Assembly (NCBI GenBank): GCA_963776245.1
Contig: CAVZLN010000003.1
Location: 1,088,001 to 1,152,000 of the forward strand
DNA from: Candidatus Eiseniibacteriota bacterium
GTDB taxonomy: Bacteria; Eisenbacteria; RBG-16-71-46
Direction: 5' to 3'
DNA: 64,000 nucleotides
The notes under the pieces are model-generated. The model ran no database searches and had not been told where the DNA came from. It was given only the letters and a program-made list of their open reading frames with translations. Every line of letters begins with the position of its first letter. Position 1 is the first letter of the stretch. Below, piece by piece: positions 19,946 through 30,450 of the stretch. The translations under genes and the position numbers were made by a program.

Positions 19946-20722
19946 ATGACGGAGCCCCGGCGTTTCCTGGACCGCGTGGTGCTGGTGACCGGCGCGACCA
20001 GCGGCATCGGCCGCGCCTGCGCGAAGGCGCTGCTCGGCGAAGGGGCGAAGGTGGTGGCGTGCGGGCGGCGCCGGGAGCGCCTGGCCGAGCTGGAGGCCGC
20101 GGCCCAGTCGGCCGGAGGGGCGCTGCTGGCGCTCGCGGGCGACGTGCGGGAGGAAGCCACCGCGACGGCGTGGCTGGAGGCCGCGCGCGCGCGCTTCGGC
20201 GGGCTCGACGGGCTGGTGAACGCCGCTGGAGTGCTCGGCAACGGCGGCGTGCTCGAGACCGGGAGCGAGGACTGGGACCGGGTGATGGACACCAACCTGC
20301 GCGGGCTCCATCTCATGACCCGCGCGGCCGGGCCCGCGCTGATCGAACGGAAGGGCGCGGTGGTGAACATCTCCTCGGTGGCCGGCCCGCGGCCCTACGC
20401 CGGGTTGATCGCCTACTGCGTCAGCAAGGCCGCAGTGAGCACGTACACGCGCTGCGCGGCGCTCGACTTCGCGCCGCACGGGGTGCGCGTGAACGCGCTC
20501 GAGCCGGGGGTGGTGGTGACCGAGCTGCACACCGTCACGCACGCCGTCGCCGACTACCCCGCGTTCCTCGAGCGCGGCAAGACCACCCACGCGCTCGGGC
20601 GCGTCGGCCGTCCGGAGGAGATCGCGGCGCTGGTGCTCTACCTGCTGAGTGACGAGGCCTCGTGGATCACCGGGGCGTGCGTGCCGATCGACGGCGGTCG
20701 CGCGCTGCTGAGCGCGCGCTGA
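19946..20722 (+). CDS. Short-chain dehydrogenase/reductase
   Basis: TGATSGIG, NAAG, YCVSK, WITGACVPIDGG. Confidence 0.92.
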   Translation: MTEPRRFLDRVVLVTGATSGIGRACAKALLGEGAKVVACGRRRERLAELEAAAQSAGGALLALAGDVREEATATAWLEAARARFGGLDGLVNAAGVLGNGGVLETGSEDWDRVMDTNLRGLHLMTRAAGPALIERKGAVVNISSVAGPRPYAGLIAYCVSKAAVSTYTRCAALDFAPHGVRVNALEPGVVVTELHTVTHAVADYPAFLERGKTTHALGRVGRPEEIAALVLYLLSDEASWITGACVPIDGGRALLSAR

Positions 20723-21051
20723 TGCGCAGGCCGAAGAGCGGTGGAGACGGATTCGAGTCGGTGCTGGGCTGGCCGGCGTGGGCGCTGGCCCTGCTGGCGC
20801 TCGGCTCGTCGTTCGGCCCGCTGCCGCGCGACTGGACCCGGGTGCTGAACGGGGGGCTGACGCTGTTCGCGCTGCTCGAGGCGGGCGTGGCGATGGCGCG
20901 GGGCCGCCGCGGGGCGTTCGTGGCTTACGCCGCGATCGCCGTGCTGATGAACCCGGTGCGCCCATTCGTGTTCCCAGCCCAGGCGTGGCGCCTGCTGTAC
21001 GCCGGGGCCGGGCTGTGGCTCGCGGGCGACCACCTCCCGGCGCGCCGCTGA
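20722..21051 (+). CDS. Small membrane protein (DUF6804-like)
   Basis: Hydrophobic; IAVLMNPVRPF motif; TGATG overlap with the SDR gene. Confidence 0.6.
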   Translation: MRRPKSGGDGFESVLGWPAWALALLALGSSFGPLPRDWTRVLNGGLTLFALLEAGVAMARGRRGAFVAYAAIAVLMNPVRPFVFPAQAWRLLYAGAGLWLAGDHLPARR

Positions 21052-21150
21052 CCGTATCCGAACGCGGCCCGGGCCCGCCTCGCCGGGCCCGGCGGCGTCC
21101 CCCAGAACCCCCTGTTCCCCCCCGGGCGCCCCGCCGATAACCGTGGCGTC

Positions 21151-21996
21151 ATGCAGGCTCTGGTCCTCCACCCGACAGGGGCGGGCACCGCGCTGGCCGC
21201 GGTCGCGCTCGCCGCCGGCGCGCCGCTGTTCAGCGACGGGCTGCGCGCGCTGCGCCTGCGGCGTGCCTTCCGCGGGCTGCACCCGGTCGCGCTCACCCAC
21301 CGGCGGAACGGGATGACCCACGTCACCGGCCGCGTGGCGCTCGAGAGCCCGCTGTTCTCGCCGCTCTCGGGTCGCCCGTGCGCGGGGTTCCGGCTCGAGG
21401 TCTCGACCGCCGCCCAGCCGCAGCCACGGCGCGTGGACGAGTGGCGCGACTTCCGCATCGAAGAAGGCGGCGCCAGCGCGCGGGTGATGGGGCGGCGGGC
21501 GCGCTGGGACCTGGCGGTCACCGCGGAGCGCGACGCGGTGGCGGGCGCGCCGCTCACCGAGCATGTCCGGGCGCTGCTCGAACGGGTGCCCGAGGCGCGC
21601 TGGCTGCGGGACTCGGGCGCGCCGCTGCGATTGGTCGAGCACGCGCTGTTCGCGGGTGCCTCGTGTCACGTGGTGGGCTTCGCGCGTCATTCGCCGATGC
21701 TCCGGCTCGAGAGCGTGGAGCTGCTCGAGCGCACCGGCACCGACGACGGCGCGATCGGCGGCGCCGGCGGGAGCGTGATCGCGGCGGAGGTGTCGAGCGG
21801 CGAGCCGGACCTGTGGCTGGGCCCCGGCGACCAGCTCGACTTCCTGCTGGTGTCCGACGCGTCCCCGCGTCCCGGGCGCCTGCGCGTCCCGGCGCTGCGT
21901 CTCGGCGGGCTCGGCATCGGCCCCGCGCTGAGCCTGGGCGGCATGCTCTACCTCGCGCACGTCGCGGACTGGCTGCGCGCGCACGGCGGATTCTGA
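21151..21996 (+). CDS. Membrane-anchored GIDE-like domain protein (divergent paralog)
   Basis: N- and C-terminal TMs; SPLSGRPCA mirrors APFSGRPCA of the next gene. Confidence 0.6.
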   Translation: MQALVLHPTGAGTALAAVALAAGAPLFSDGLRALRLRRAFRGLHPVALTHRRNGMTHVTGRVALESPLFSPLSGRPCAGFRLEVSTAAQPQPRRVDEWRDFRIEEGGASARVMGRRARWDLAVTAERDAVAGAPLTEHVRALLERVPEARWLRDSGAPLRLVEHALFAGASCHVVGFARHSPMLRLESVELLERTGTDDGAIGGAGGSVIAAEVSSGEPDLWLGPGDQLDFLLVSDASPRPGRLRVPALRLGGLGIGPALSLGGMLYLAHVADWLRAHGGF

Positions 21997-21998
21997 CC

Positions 21999-22814
21999 AT
22001 GCCCGCCCGCTTCCCGATCGACACCGCGATGTGGGCCACCTTGGCATTCGGAGCCGGCTTGTACCTGTTCTGGCGCGGCTTCCGCGACCTGCGCCTCAAG
22101 CGCCTGATCGAGAACACGCCCACCTCGCATATCCGCTCCATGGCCATGGGCCTGGTGGAGATCGTGGGGAAGGTCGTGCCGCGCAGCTCGGTGAGCGCGC
22201 CGTTCTCGGGCCGGCCGTGCGCCTACTGGGAGGTCGACATCGCCACGCGCTCCGACCGGCGCGGCGGCTGGAAGGTGGTGCACCGGAATCAGAGCGGAAG
22301 CCCGTTCTACCTGCGCGACACGAGCGGCACGGCGCTGGTGTACCCGCACGGCGCCCAGTGCCACGTGAACTTCGGCGTCAGCGAGGAATGCCTCGGCATC
22401 TCGCTGCCGCCCTGCTACTCGGACTACATGCAGAGCCAGAACCTGGGCCTGTGGCGCTTCGGCACCCTGCGCTTCCGCGAGCGGCTCATCGAGGAGGGCG
22501 ACCAGGTCTACGTGCTCGGGACCGCGGTGCCGCGCGCGCGTGTGCTCGACATCTCGGCGGGCGAGACCATGCAGGCGACCGGCACCGAAGACCTGCGCGC
22601 CACCCGCCTGCGCTCACTCGACCACGAGGTGGTCGCCACGGTGCGCCAGGGCGAGAACGAGCGCACGTTCCTGATCAGCGAGCAGTCCGAGCGCACGCTC
22701 AGCCTGTTCACCGGCTGGAAGGCCACGGCCGAGCTGTGGGGCGGCCCGCTGCTCACGCTCGGCGGGCTGGCGTTCTGGCTGGAGGTCCTGTCGAAGCGCG
22801 GACTGTTCCGTTGA
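21999..22814 (+). CDS. GIDE domain membrane protein
   Basis: RLIENTPTSHIRSMAMGLVEIVG, APFSGRPCAYW, FYLRDTSG, RERLIEEGDQVYVLG; adjacent to lemA. Confidence 0.75.
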   Translation: MPARFPIDTAMWATLAFGAGLYLFWRGFRDLRLKRLIENTPTSHIRSMAMGLVEIVGKVVPRSSVSAPFSGRPCAYWEVDIATRSDRRGGWKVVHRNQSGSPFYLRDTSGTALVYPHGAQCHVNFGVSEECLGISLPPCYSDYMQSQNLGLWRFGTLRFRERLIEEGDQVYVLGTAVPRARVLDISAGETMQATGTEDLRATRLRSLDHEVVATVRQGENERTFLISEQSERTLSLFTGWKATAELWGGPLLTLGGLAFWLEVLSKRGLFR

Positions 22815-22866
22815 GATCCCCCGGCCCGTGGTGGCCGGTCGCACACCCCGAAGCGGAGGTTAGGAT

Positions 22867-23448
22867 ATGAGCCATCCCGGCGAACTGCTCGTGATCGTGC
22901 TGATCAGCTTCATCCTGGTCGGCGCCATCGGTTACGCGCTCACCCTCTACAACGGCCTGATCGCGCTCAAGAACGGCATGGCGCGCGCGTGGGCGAACAT
23001 CGACGTGCTGCTCAAGCAGCGTCATGACGAGCTGCCCAAGCTGGTGAAGACGTGCGAAGGCTACATGCAGCACGAGCGCGCGGTGTTCGACAAGCTGAGC
23101 GAGGCCCGCGGCGCCCTGCAGCAGGCGCGGGGCGTGGCCGAGCGCGCGCAGGCCGAGAACCTCATCACCCGCGCGCTGGGCGGCCTCTTCGCCGTGGCCG
23201 AGGCCTACCCCGACCTCAAGGCGAACCAGTCGTTCCTCCAGCTCCAGGGCCGCATCAGCGAGATCGAGAACCAGATCGCCGACCGCCGCGAGTACTACAA
23301 CGACATCGTGACCACCTTCAACACGCGCATCCAGCAGATCCCCGACACCGTGGTCGCCGGCTGGCTCGGGTACCAGGCCGCCGAGCTGTTCAAGGTCGAC
23401 GAGCGGGACCGCGAGGACGTGCAGGTGTCGTTCCAGATGACGGCGTAG
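22867..23448 (+). CDS. lemA: LemA family protein
   Basis: YNGLI...AWANIDVLLKQRHDELPKLV, AEAYPDLKANQSF, ENQIADRREYYN. Confidence 0.93.
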   Translation: MSHPGELLVIVLISFILVGAIGYALTLYNGLIALKNGMARAWANIDVLLKQRHDELPKLVKTCEGYMQHERAVFDKLSEARGALQQARGVAERAQAENLITRALGGLFAVAEAYPDLKANQSFLQLQGRISEIENQIADRREYYNDIVTTFNTRIQQIPDTVVAGWLGYQAAELFKVDERDREDVQVSFQMTA

Positions 23449-23533
23449 GCTGCCGAGGGCGCCGCCCCCGGCTCCTCGAGCCGGGGGCCTTCGCTTGCCG
23501 CGCGCGCGCCGCGTGCGTAGGGTACGGCGCGCC

Positions 23534-24604
23534 ATGACTCCCGCCCCACCTCCGGCCGCGCCTCCCGCGCGCGACGCGCTGCGCGTCGCGGTGTTCGGGC
23601 TCGGCCGCGACGGCCTCGCCCAGGCCGCCACGCTCGCCATGCGTCCCGAATGCGAACTGGTCGCGCTCGGCGATCCGCGCCCGCCCGCGGTGCGGCGTGC
23701 GCGCGGGCTCGGGCTCGCCGGGCCCGGCTTCGGCGCGCTCGAGCGCCTGATCGTCGAGGCCTCGCCGCAGGCGCTGGTGCTGGCGGTGCCGCCACGCGAG
23801 CGCGCCGCGGCCGCACGCCTGGCGCTCGAGGCCGGGATCGCCACGCTGGTCGAGTCCCCGCTCGCCGCGACGCTCGAGGAGGCCGAGGCGCTCGTCACCC
23901 TCGCCACCGCGCGCGACGTGGTGTTCGCCGTCGCGCACCGCCTGCCGTTCGAGCCCGCGTTCGCGCGCGCGACCCGCGAGCTGGCGGCGGGAGCGCTCGG
24001 CGCGCTGCGGCTGGCGCGCTCGTCGGTGTATGCCTCGCGGGTGTTCAGCACCCGCGAGGCGCGCGCGGTCGCGGCGCGCTCGCCCGGCGGCGTCCTGGCC
24101 TGCACCGCGCTCGACCTGCTGCTGCTGCTCGACGCGGCGTTCGGCGCCCCGGTGAGCGTGCGCGCCACCACCAGCCGGCTCTACGGCGGCCTCGAGGACG
24201 AGGCGCACGCCATGATGACGCTGCCGAGCGGCGCCGAGGTCGGCCTCGACGCGTCGTGGAGCGTTCCGGGCTACCCCGCGCCGGCGGTCGTGCTGGAGGC
24301 CGAGGGCGCGAACGGCGTGATGCTGGTCTCGGACGACGCCTACGAGGTCGAACTGGCCGCCGCGCGCGCGGACTTCCCCGCCGGTCACCGGCGGCTGCGC
24401 GATGCCGAGCTGGCGCAGCACGCGCGCTTCGATCTGGACGGCGAGTCGCGGGACCCGATGGTGGCGGGGTTCCTCGGCTGGGCGCTCGGGGGCGAGTCGC
24501 CCCCGCACGCGGCGGCCGCCTCGCTGCGCGCGCAGCGCACGCTCGAGGCGCTCTACGCCTCGGCGCGCCGCGGCGGCACCGAAGTGCGCGTGGGGGCCCG
24601 GTGA
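23534..24604 (+). CDS. Gfo/Idh/MocA-family oxidoreductase-like protein (divergent)
   Basis: RVAVFGLGRDG Rossmann-like start, LVESPLA (EKP variant), GGVL, EDEAHA. Confidence 0.7.
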   Translation: MTPAPPPAAPPARDALRVAVFGLGRDGLAQAATLAMRPECELVALGDPRPPAVRRARGLGLAGPGFGALERLIVEASPQALVLAVPPRERAAAARLALEAGIATLVESPLAATLEEAEALVTLATARDVVFAVAHRLPFEPAFARATRELAAGALGALRLARSSVYASRVFSTREARAVAARSPGGVLACTALDLLLLLDAAFGAPVSVRATTSRLYGGLEDEAHAMMTLPSGAEVGLDASWSVPGYPAPAVVLEAEGANGVMLVSDDAYEVELAAARADFPAGHRRLRDAELAQHARFDLDGESRDPMVAGFLGWALGGESPPHAAAASLRAQRTLEALYASARRGGTEVRVGAR

Positions 24605-25467
24605 CGCGCGCCTTCGAGCCCCCCCGCCTGCTGCTCGGCGCACTCTCGTTCACCCGCCCGCCGCGCGTCGCGCGCGATCGCGAGCTCGAGGTGAGCGCCC
24701 GCTATCGCGAGCCCGAGTCGCTGGCGGTGACGTTCTCGAAGGCGCTCGACGCCGGCGCCGACGCCGTGCTCGCGACGCCCACGCCGGCGCTGCGGGCGGC
24801 GCTCGCCGAACTGCGGCGCACGGTCCCGGTGGTGGCGGTGTGGCCGTCGCGCGGACCGCTCGACGATGCCGACGACGACCCGCCCGATCCCCCGCGCAAC
24901 GCGCGAGGCCCGGGCGCCATGGCGCGCGTGCGCCGCGGCATCACCGGACTGGTGCGCCTGCCGGAGCGATTGCGCGACGATCTGGTGGCCACCGTGCCGA
25001 TGCGGCTCGAAGTGGACGCCGGTGCGCTGCCGCGGCGCGCGTTGCGGGGCGTGGCGATCGCCGGGCCGGTCACCGATCTGGCGCTCGCCGCGGGGCACGC
25101 GCGATTCTTCGAGCGCATGGTGGCGTTCACGCACACGCGGTTCGGCGTGGCGGCGGGGTTCGAGACCCACAACCTCGGCCACCTGCTGGCCGCGCTGCGG
25201 GCGTGGGGCGTGCGCCCGGACTTCGTGGTGGGACCGGTGAACCCGTGCGGGCGCATGATGAAGCCCGATCGGGACACCGTGCTCGACGAGCTGGCGCGCC
25301 GCGAGGTGCCGGTGCTGGCGCGGGAGCTGCGCGCCGGCGGGCTGGTGACGCTCGAGGCGGGCGCGCGGTTCGCGCTCGAGCACGGAGCGGCGGGGCTGGC
25401 CCCCGACCTGGTGGACCTCGACGACGTGGCGAGCGAGCTGCGCGGGCTGATGCCCGCGCGCGCATGA
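24601..25467 (+). CDS. Hypothetical protein (possibly aldo/keto-reductase-like barrel)
   Basis: GTG overlapping the upstream TGA; PRLLLG, GFETHN, PVNPCGRMMKP. Confidence 0.6.
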   Translation: MTRAFEPPRLLLGALSFTRPPRVARDRELEVSARYREPESLAVTFSKALDAGADAVLATPTPALRAALAELRRTVPVVAVWPSRGPLDDADDDPPDPPRNARGPGAMARVRRGITGLVRLPERLRDDLVATVPMRLEVDAGALPRRALRGVAIAGPVTDLALAAGHARFFERMVAFTHTRFGVAAGFETHNLGHLLAALRAWGVRPDFVVGPVNPCGRMMKPDRDTVLDELARREVPVLARELRAGGLVTLEAGARFALEHGAAGLAPDLVDLDDVASELRGLMPARA

Positions 25468-25474
25468 AACGCGC

Positions 25475-26926
25475 TCAGGCCCCGGAGACCGGCGCCATGT
25501 CCGCGCCGCCCAGCAGGTAGCGGATCACGTCGGCGGCGGAGTAGCGCGTGCGGCCGGCGAGGAACGCCCCGATCGACTTGAGGTCGTCGCCGCTGGTGAG
25601 CAGCGGTGGCTCGTGCGACCCATCCTCACGCACCTGCGCCAGCCCGATGTTGGCGAGCAGCGCGTTGCAGAGGCAACGGCGGCCCTCCGTCTGCTGGGGC
25701 ACGCCGCCCTTCTTCACGTACTGGTCCTCGGGCTCGCTCGGGCAGCGATAGCCGATGCTGCCGCTCGGCGCCCGGTAGGCGGTCCGCAGGTAGCCGAGGT
25801 CGCACACGCGTTTGCGCACCTTCCCGGCCGACGGGTCTCCCGCCCACTCCACGACCTTGAACGGGTATCCGGTGGGCGAGGCGACGGGGTCGGTGCGCAC
25901 GTCCACCTCCCCGCGCGCCGCGTGCTCGAGCACCGAGCGCTTGAGCGGCTCGGCGAGCCCGGACTCGTCGCAGTACGCGAACAGGGTGCCGACCTGGACT
26001 CCCGCGGCCCCGGCCGTGCGCGCCTCGCGCAGCTGTCGCGGGCCGCCGGCGCCGCCCGCGAGCCAGAACGGCAGCCCCAGTTCGCGGATCTTCGGCAGAT
26101 CCACCACGTCACGCTCCCCGTACACGGGCTCGCCGCGCCCGTTGGTCCGGGTCACGCCGCGGGGCGGCGCGTTGTGTCCGCCGGCCGTGGGCCCCTCGAT
26201 CACGAGTCCGTCGATGCCCCCGGCGCCCTTGCGCGCCAGCATGGTGGCGAGCGAGGTGCTGGCGACGATCGGCAGGAACCGCGGCCGCCGGATCTCAGGT
26301 GGCGGGCCGTCCCAGTGTTCGCCCGGGTCGAGGGTGAAGTGCTCGGGCGGCGCGTCGGACGCGTCGGCGAGCTCGAGCCGGAGTGACGCCGGCAGGTGTC
26401 GCGCCAGCGCGTCGAGCACGCCGGGGATCTCGCGCGGGATGCCCGCGCCCATCAGCACGTAGTCCACGCCCGCGAGCATCGCGCCATAGAGCGAGGCGAG
26501 GTTCGGCAATTGCACCTTGGTGAGGAGGTTGATCCCCACCTTGCCGTTGTGCCCGTGCTTGGCGAGGTGCACCTCGACGAAGGCCGCGAGCATCGTGACC
26601 TGGTGGCGCGCCTTGCTCAGCACCTGCTGGTGCATGGGCAGATTGGTGTAGGGCTTGCCCGGCGGCCGCCCCTCGGGATGGAAATGCCGCCGCAGCATCT
26701 CGGCCGCCGCCTGCCGGAGCGGGAAGTGCTCGATCGCGCGACGCACGTGCCCGCCGAGGTCACCGTCCTGGAGCCGGCGCGCGACCACCGCGTCGATGGC
26801 GGTGCCCGAGATCACACCCATCTGGCCGCAGCTGGCCACCGCGCGCGCAAGCTTCCAGTCGGACACGCCGATGCCCATTCCGCCCTGGATGATGACGGGC
26901 TGCGGGAGTGATTCCATGGAGGTCAT
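25475..26926 (-). CDS. Nitronate monooxygenase-like FMN enzyme
   Basis: IIQGGMGIGVS, GAGIP, EGPTAGGHNA, GVQVGTLF, C-terminal CDLGYLR..CLCNAL. Confidence 0.85.
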   Translation of the reverse strand: MTSMESLPQPVIIQGGMGIGVSDWKLARAVASCGQMGVISGTAIDAVVARRLQDGDLGGHVRRAIEHFPLRQAAAEMLRRHFHPEGRPPGKPYTNLPMHQQVLSKARHQVTMLAAFVEVHLAKHGHNGKVGINLLTKVQLPNLASLYGAMLAGVDYVLMGAGIPREIPGVLDALARHLPASLRLELADASDAPPEHFTLDPGEHWDGPPPEIRRPRFLPIVASTSLATMLARKGAGGIDGLVIEGPTAGGHNAPPRGVTRTNGRGEPVYGERDVVDLPKIRELGLPFWLAGGAGGPRQLREARTAGAAGVQVGTLFAYCDESGLAEPLKRSVLEHAARGEVDVRTDPVASPTGYPFKVVEWAGDPSAGKVRKRVCDLGYLRTAYRAPSGSIGYRCPSEPEDQYVKKGGVPQQTEGRRCLCNALLANIGLAQVREDGSHEPPLLTSGDDLKSIGAFLAGRTRYSAADVIRYLLGGADMAPVSGA

Positions 26927-27130
26927 CTCGTGCTCGGCCACGGGTGGATTCGCGCCACGGACTCCCCGTGGCGATCGCAGCCGGTTGGGCCGCTGCTGGA
27001 CAGACGCCGCCCTGCGGCCCGGGCAACGCTCCGCTGAGGCAAGGACTCCGCTCAAGATACCCCAAAACGCCGCGCGATAGCAGGCTTCTTCAAACTGCCC
27101 GGGTCGGTCCCCCGGCGCGTCGGGAGCAGG

Positions 27131-29629
27131 TCAGGGGGTTGTGGCGCGCGGGATGTCCGTGCCTCGCGCCACGATGGTCGTGGTCCCGAGAGCGGGCGTG
27201 ACGGGGTCGGGCGCGGCCGCCGCGGCGGGAGAAGGCATGGGCTCGCGCTCGAGCGCCAGCTCGAGGACCTGTTCGATCCGGTCCACGGGAGCGAAGATCA
27301 TGCGGGTGCGGACCTCGACCGGCACCTCCTCGAGGTCGCCCTGGTTCTCCCTCGGCAGGATCACGGTCTGGATGCCGGCGCGATAGGCGCCCAGCACCTT
27401 CTCCTTGATGCCGCCCACCTTGAGCACTCTCCCGCGCAGCGTGATCTCACCGGTCATGGCGATGCCGTCGCGCACCTTGCGGCGCGTGAGGAGGCTCACG
27501 AGCGCGGTGCACAGCGTCACGCCGGCCGACGGGCCGTCCTTGGGGATCGCCCCGGCCGGAAGGTGCACGTGCAGGTCGGTCTCATCGTAGAACCCGGGAT
27601 CGATGCCGAGCACCCCGGAGTTGGAGCGGATGTACGAGAGCGCGGCCTGTGCCGACTCCTTCATCACGTCGCCGAGCTGTCCGGTCAGGATCAGGTTCTT
27701 GGAGCCCGGCATGCGCGTGGCCTCCACCGTGAGCACCTCGCCGCCGACCGGCGTCCACGCCAGGCCGAGCGCGGCGCCCGGGGCGTCGAGCCTCGAGGCC
27801 TTCTCGTCCTCGTAGCGCTCGGGGCCGAGCAGCTCGCGGACGCGCTCCGGGGTCACCGCGCGCGAGTCGTCCCGGCCCTCGGCGATGCGCTTAGCGGTCT
27901 TGCGCAGCAGGTTCGCGATCTCACGCTCGAGATTGCGCAGGCCGGCTTCCCGTGCGTACTCGTGCATGATCTTGTAGAGCGCCTCGTCGGAGAACGTGAT
28001 CTCGAGCGACTCGAGCCCGTTCTCCCGGACCGCCTTCGGGATCAGATGGCGGCGCGCGATGGTGAGCTTCTCGACGTCGGTGTAACCCGACAGTTCGATG
28101 ATCTCCATGCGGTCCCGCAGCGCCGGCGGCACCGGGTCGAGGTAGTTGGCGGTGGTGATGAACATCACCTGCGACAGGTCCACCGGCACGTCGAGGTAGT
28201 GATCCACGAATGCGTTGTTCTGCTGGGGGTCGAGCACCTCGAGCAGCGCCGAGGACGGATCGCCGCGGAAGTCCGCCCCGAGCTTGTCGATCTCGTCGAG
28301 CATGAACAGCGGATTGCGGGAGCCGGCGCGGCGCAGGCCGCGCACGACATTGCCCGGGAGCGCGCCGATGTAGGTGCGGCGGTGACCCCGGATCTCCGCC
28401 TCGTCGCGCACCCCGCCCAGCGACTGGCGCACGAACTTCCGCCCCAGCGCGCGCGCGATGGACTGGCCGAGCGAGGTCTTGCCGGTGCCGGGCGGGCCGA
28501 CGAAGCACAGGATGGGCACGCGCGCGTCGCTCTTGTAGCGGCGCACCACGAGGAACTCGAGGATGCGGTCCTTGACCTTGTCGAGGCCGTGATGGTCCTC
28601 GTCGAGGATCGCGCGGGCGTGGACGAGGTCGAGGTCGTCCTCGGTCATCACCGACCACGGCATGTCGCACAGCCACTCGAGGTAGGTGCGCGCCACCGTG
28701 TACTCGGCGGCCTGCGGGGGGATGCGCGTGAGCCGCGCGAGCTCGCGGTCGGCCTCCTTCCGCACCTCGGGAGGCATGTTCGCCTTCTCGATGCGCGCCT
28801 TGAGCTCGTCGACCTCGCGCTGGGAGTCGTCCTCGTCGCCCAGTTCCTTGCGGATCGCCTCCATCTGCTGCCGCAGCAGGAACTCGCGCTGGTGCTGATC
28901 CAGCGACTCGCGCACCGACTCCTGGATCTGCTGGCCGACCTCGAGCACCTGCAGCTCGCGCTGGAGCAGCCCGCTGAGGCGGCGCAGGCGTTCCCGCGCG
29001 TCGAGCTCCTCGAGCAGCAGCTGCTTGTCGTCGGCCGGCAGGTCGAGCAGCGAGGCGATGAAGTCCGCGATGCGGCCCGGGCGCTCCTGCGTGCGCGCCG
29101 TCGACGCGGCCTCGTCAGGCACGTTGGGCGAGAGCGCCACCACGCGGTCGAACTGCTCGAGCACGGTCTTCGACAGCGCCTGGGTCTCGACGTCGTCGGC
29201 CAGCTCGGTCTCCGCCAGGGGCTCGAGCCGTGCCCGGACGTAGGGCTCGCTCTGCACGATCCCGGCGACGCGCACCCGGCCCACGCCCTGGAGCAGCACC
29301 GAGATGCGGTCATCGGCGAAACGCACCATGCGCAGCACAGTGCCCACGCACGCCACCTCGTGCACGTCGCTCGGGCCGGGATCCTCCTGCTGCGCGTCCT
29401 TCTGCGTGACGATCGCGACCGTGCGGTCACCCGCCATGATCTCGTGGAGCAGCCGCACGCTCTTCGGCCGCCCGATGTTGAGCGGCAGGATGGCGTGCGG
29501 GAACAGCACCGTGGCGCGCACCGGGAGCAGCGGCGCCTCCGCCGGCAGCGGCGGGTGCCCGTCGCCCGTCGGCGGCGCTCCGAGCGGCTCGTGGGCGACG
29601 TCGATCTTCTTGCGACGCGGCGCTCTCAT
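27131..29629 (-). CDS. lon: ATP-dependent Lon protease
   Basis: [38 protein letters not shown] (MRAPRRKK) at 29629. Confidence 0.97.
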   Translation of the reverse strand: MRAPRRKKIDVAHEPLGAPPTGDGHPPLPAEAPLLPVRATVLFPHAILPLNIGRPKSVRLLHEIMAGDRTVAIVTQKDAQQEDPGPSDVHEVACVGTVLRMVRFADDRISVLLQGVGRVRVAGIVQSEPYVRARLEPLAETELADDVETQALSKTVLEQFDRVVALSPNVPDEAASTARTQERPGRIADFIASLLDLPADDKQLLLEELDARERLRRLSGLLQRELQVLEVGQQIQESVRESLDQHQREFLLRQQMEAIRKELGDEDDSQREVDELKARIEKANMPPEVRKEADRELARLTRIPPQAAEYTVARTYLEWLCDMPWSVMTEDDLDLVHARAILDEDHHGLDKVKDRILEFLVVRRYKSDARVPILCFVGPPGTGKTSLGQSIARALGRKFVRQSLGGVRDEAEIRGHRRTYIGALPGNVVRGLRRAGSRNPLFMLDEIDKLGADFRGDPSSALLEVLDPQQNNAFVDHYLDVPVDLSQVMFITTANYLDPVPPALRDRMEIIELSGYTDVEKLTIARRHLIPKAVRENGLESLEITFSDEALYKIMHEYAREAGLRNLEREIANLLRKTAKRIAEGRDDSRAVTPERVRELLGPERYEDEKASRLDAPGAALGLAWTPVGGEVLTVEATRMPGSKNLILTGQLGDVMKESAQAALSYIRSNSGVLGIDPGFYDETDLHVHLPAGAIPKDGPSAGVTLCTALVSLLTRRKVRDGIAMTGEITLRGRVLKVGGIKEKVLGAYRAGIQTVILPRENQGDLEEVPVEVRTRMIFAPVDRIEQVLELALEREPMPSPAAAAAPDPVTPALGTTTIVARGTDIPRATTP

Positions 29630-30066
29630 GGGCGGCGCTCCTCGATCTCGATGATGCGGCGCGACGGCCCGGGCGCGGCCTTCAGTTCGATGTCGAGCAT
29701 CCCGTCGACGTAATACGCCCGCACCTTGGCCGGATCGGCCTCCCACGGCAGCTCGATGACGCGGCGGAAGTCGCCGAAGAAGATCTCGGCGCGGTGATAG
29801 GTCGCGGAGGCGTGGCGCTCGGGCTGCGGGCGGCGCCCGGTGATCTCGAGCGAGCGGCCGGTCAGGCGGACCCGCACGTTCTCGCGCGGCACGCCCGCCA
29901 GCTCGAGCAGCACGCGCGCCGAATTGCGCGACACCACCAGGTCGGCGGGCGGCGACCACGAGGGCTCGGCGAAGTGGGAGGCGCCGCGATAGACCTGGCT
30001 GTGGAACAGCCGCTCGACCTCGCGCTGCAGGTTCTCGATGGGATCTTCGGGATCGCGCGGCGTCAT
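29626..30066 (-). CDS. Hsp20/alpha-crystallin small heat-shock protein
   Basis: WSPPADL, ELAGVPRENV, EIFFGDFRRVIELP, AYYVDGMLDI; 4-bp overlap with lon. Confidence 0.9.
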   Translation of the reverse strand: MTPRDPEDPIENLQREVERLFHSQVYRGASHFAEPSWSPPADLVVSRNSARVLLELAGVPRENVRVRLTGRSLEITGRRPQPERHASATYHRAEIFFGDFRRVIELPWEADPAKVRAYYVDGMLDIELKAAPGPSRRIIEIEERRP

Positions 30067-30191
30067 CGGGGCTCCGGAGGATCGAGGGACGTGCAGAGCC
30101 TAGGAGTCCGGCGGGAGCGGGGCAAGTCCGGGCAGGTGGGGAGCGGTCCCGGCAGCGCCGGGAGCGCCGCCCTCCTGGCCCGGCAAGCGCG

Positions 30192-30365
30192 TCAGTGGCT
30201 CTGGGTCCAGTCGTGGACCGTGCGCACCACGGTGAGGCTCTGGCGCCGGCAGGTCTCGAGGAACGCGCCCGAATCGGGCCATGAATGGCGGCCACACGCG
30301 CACTGCAGCCGCCGGCTGGGCAGCTCGGTCACCGGGCACTCCTTGTCCTTGCAGAACGGGCACAT
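30192..30365 (-). CDS. Small Cys-rich protein (putative Zn-ribbon, 57 aa)
   Basis: MCPFCKDKEC...QCACGRHSW; GAGG RBS and upstream TATCCT. Confidence 0.65.
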   Translation of the reverse strand: MCPFCKDKECPVTELPSRRLQCACGRHSWPDSGAFLETCRRQSLTVVRTVHDWTQSH

Positions 30366-30450
30366 GGTCGTCGACCTCGGAGGGTGGCAGGGGGGGCGGA
30401 GGGCGAGGATAGGGGGCGGTGCGCGGAGGCGCAAGCGCCGGGCGCGCGCC

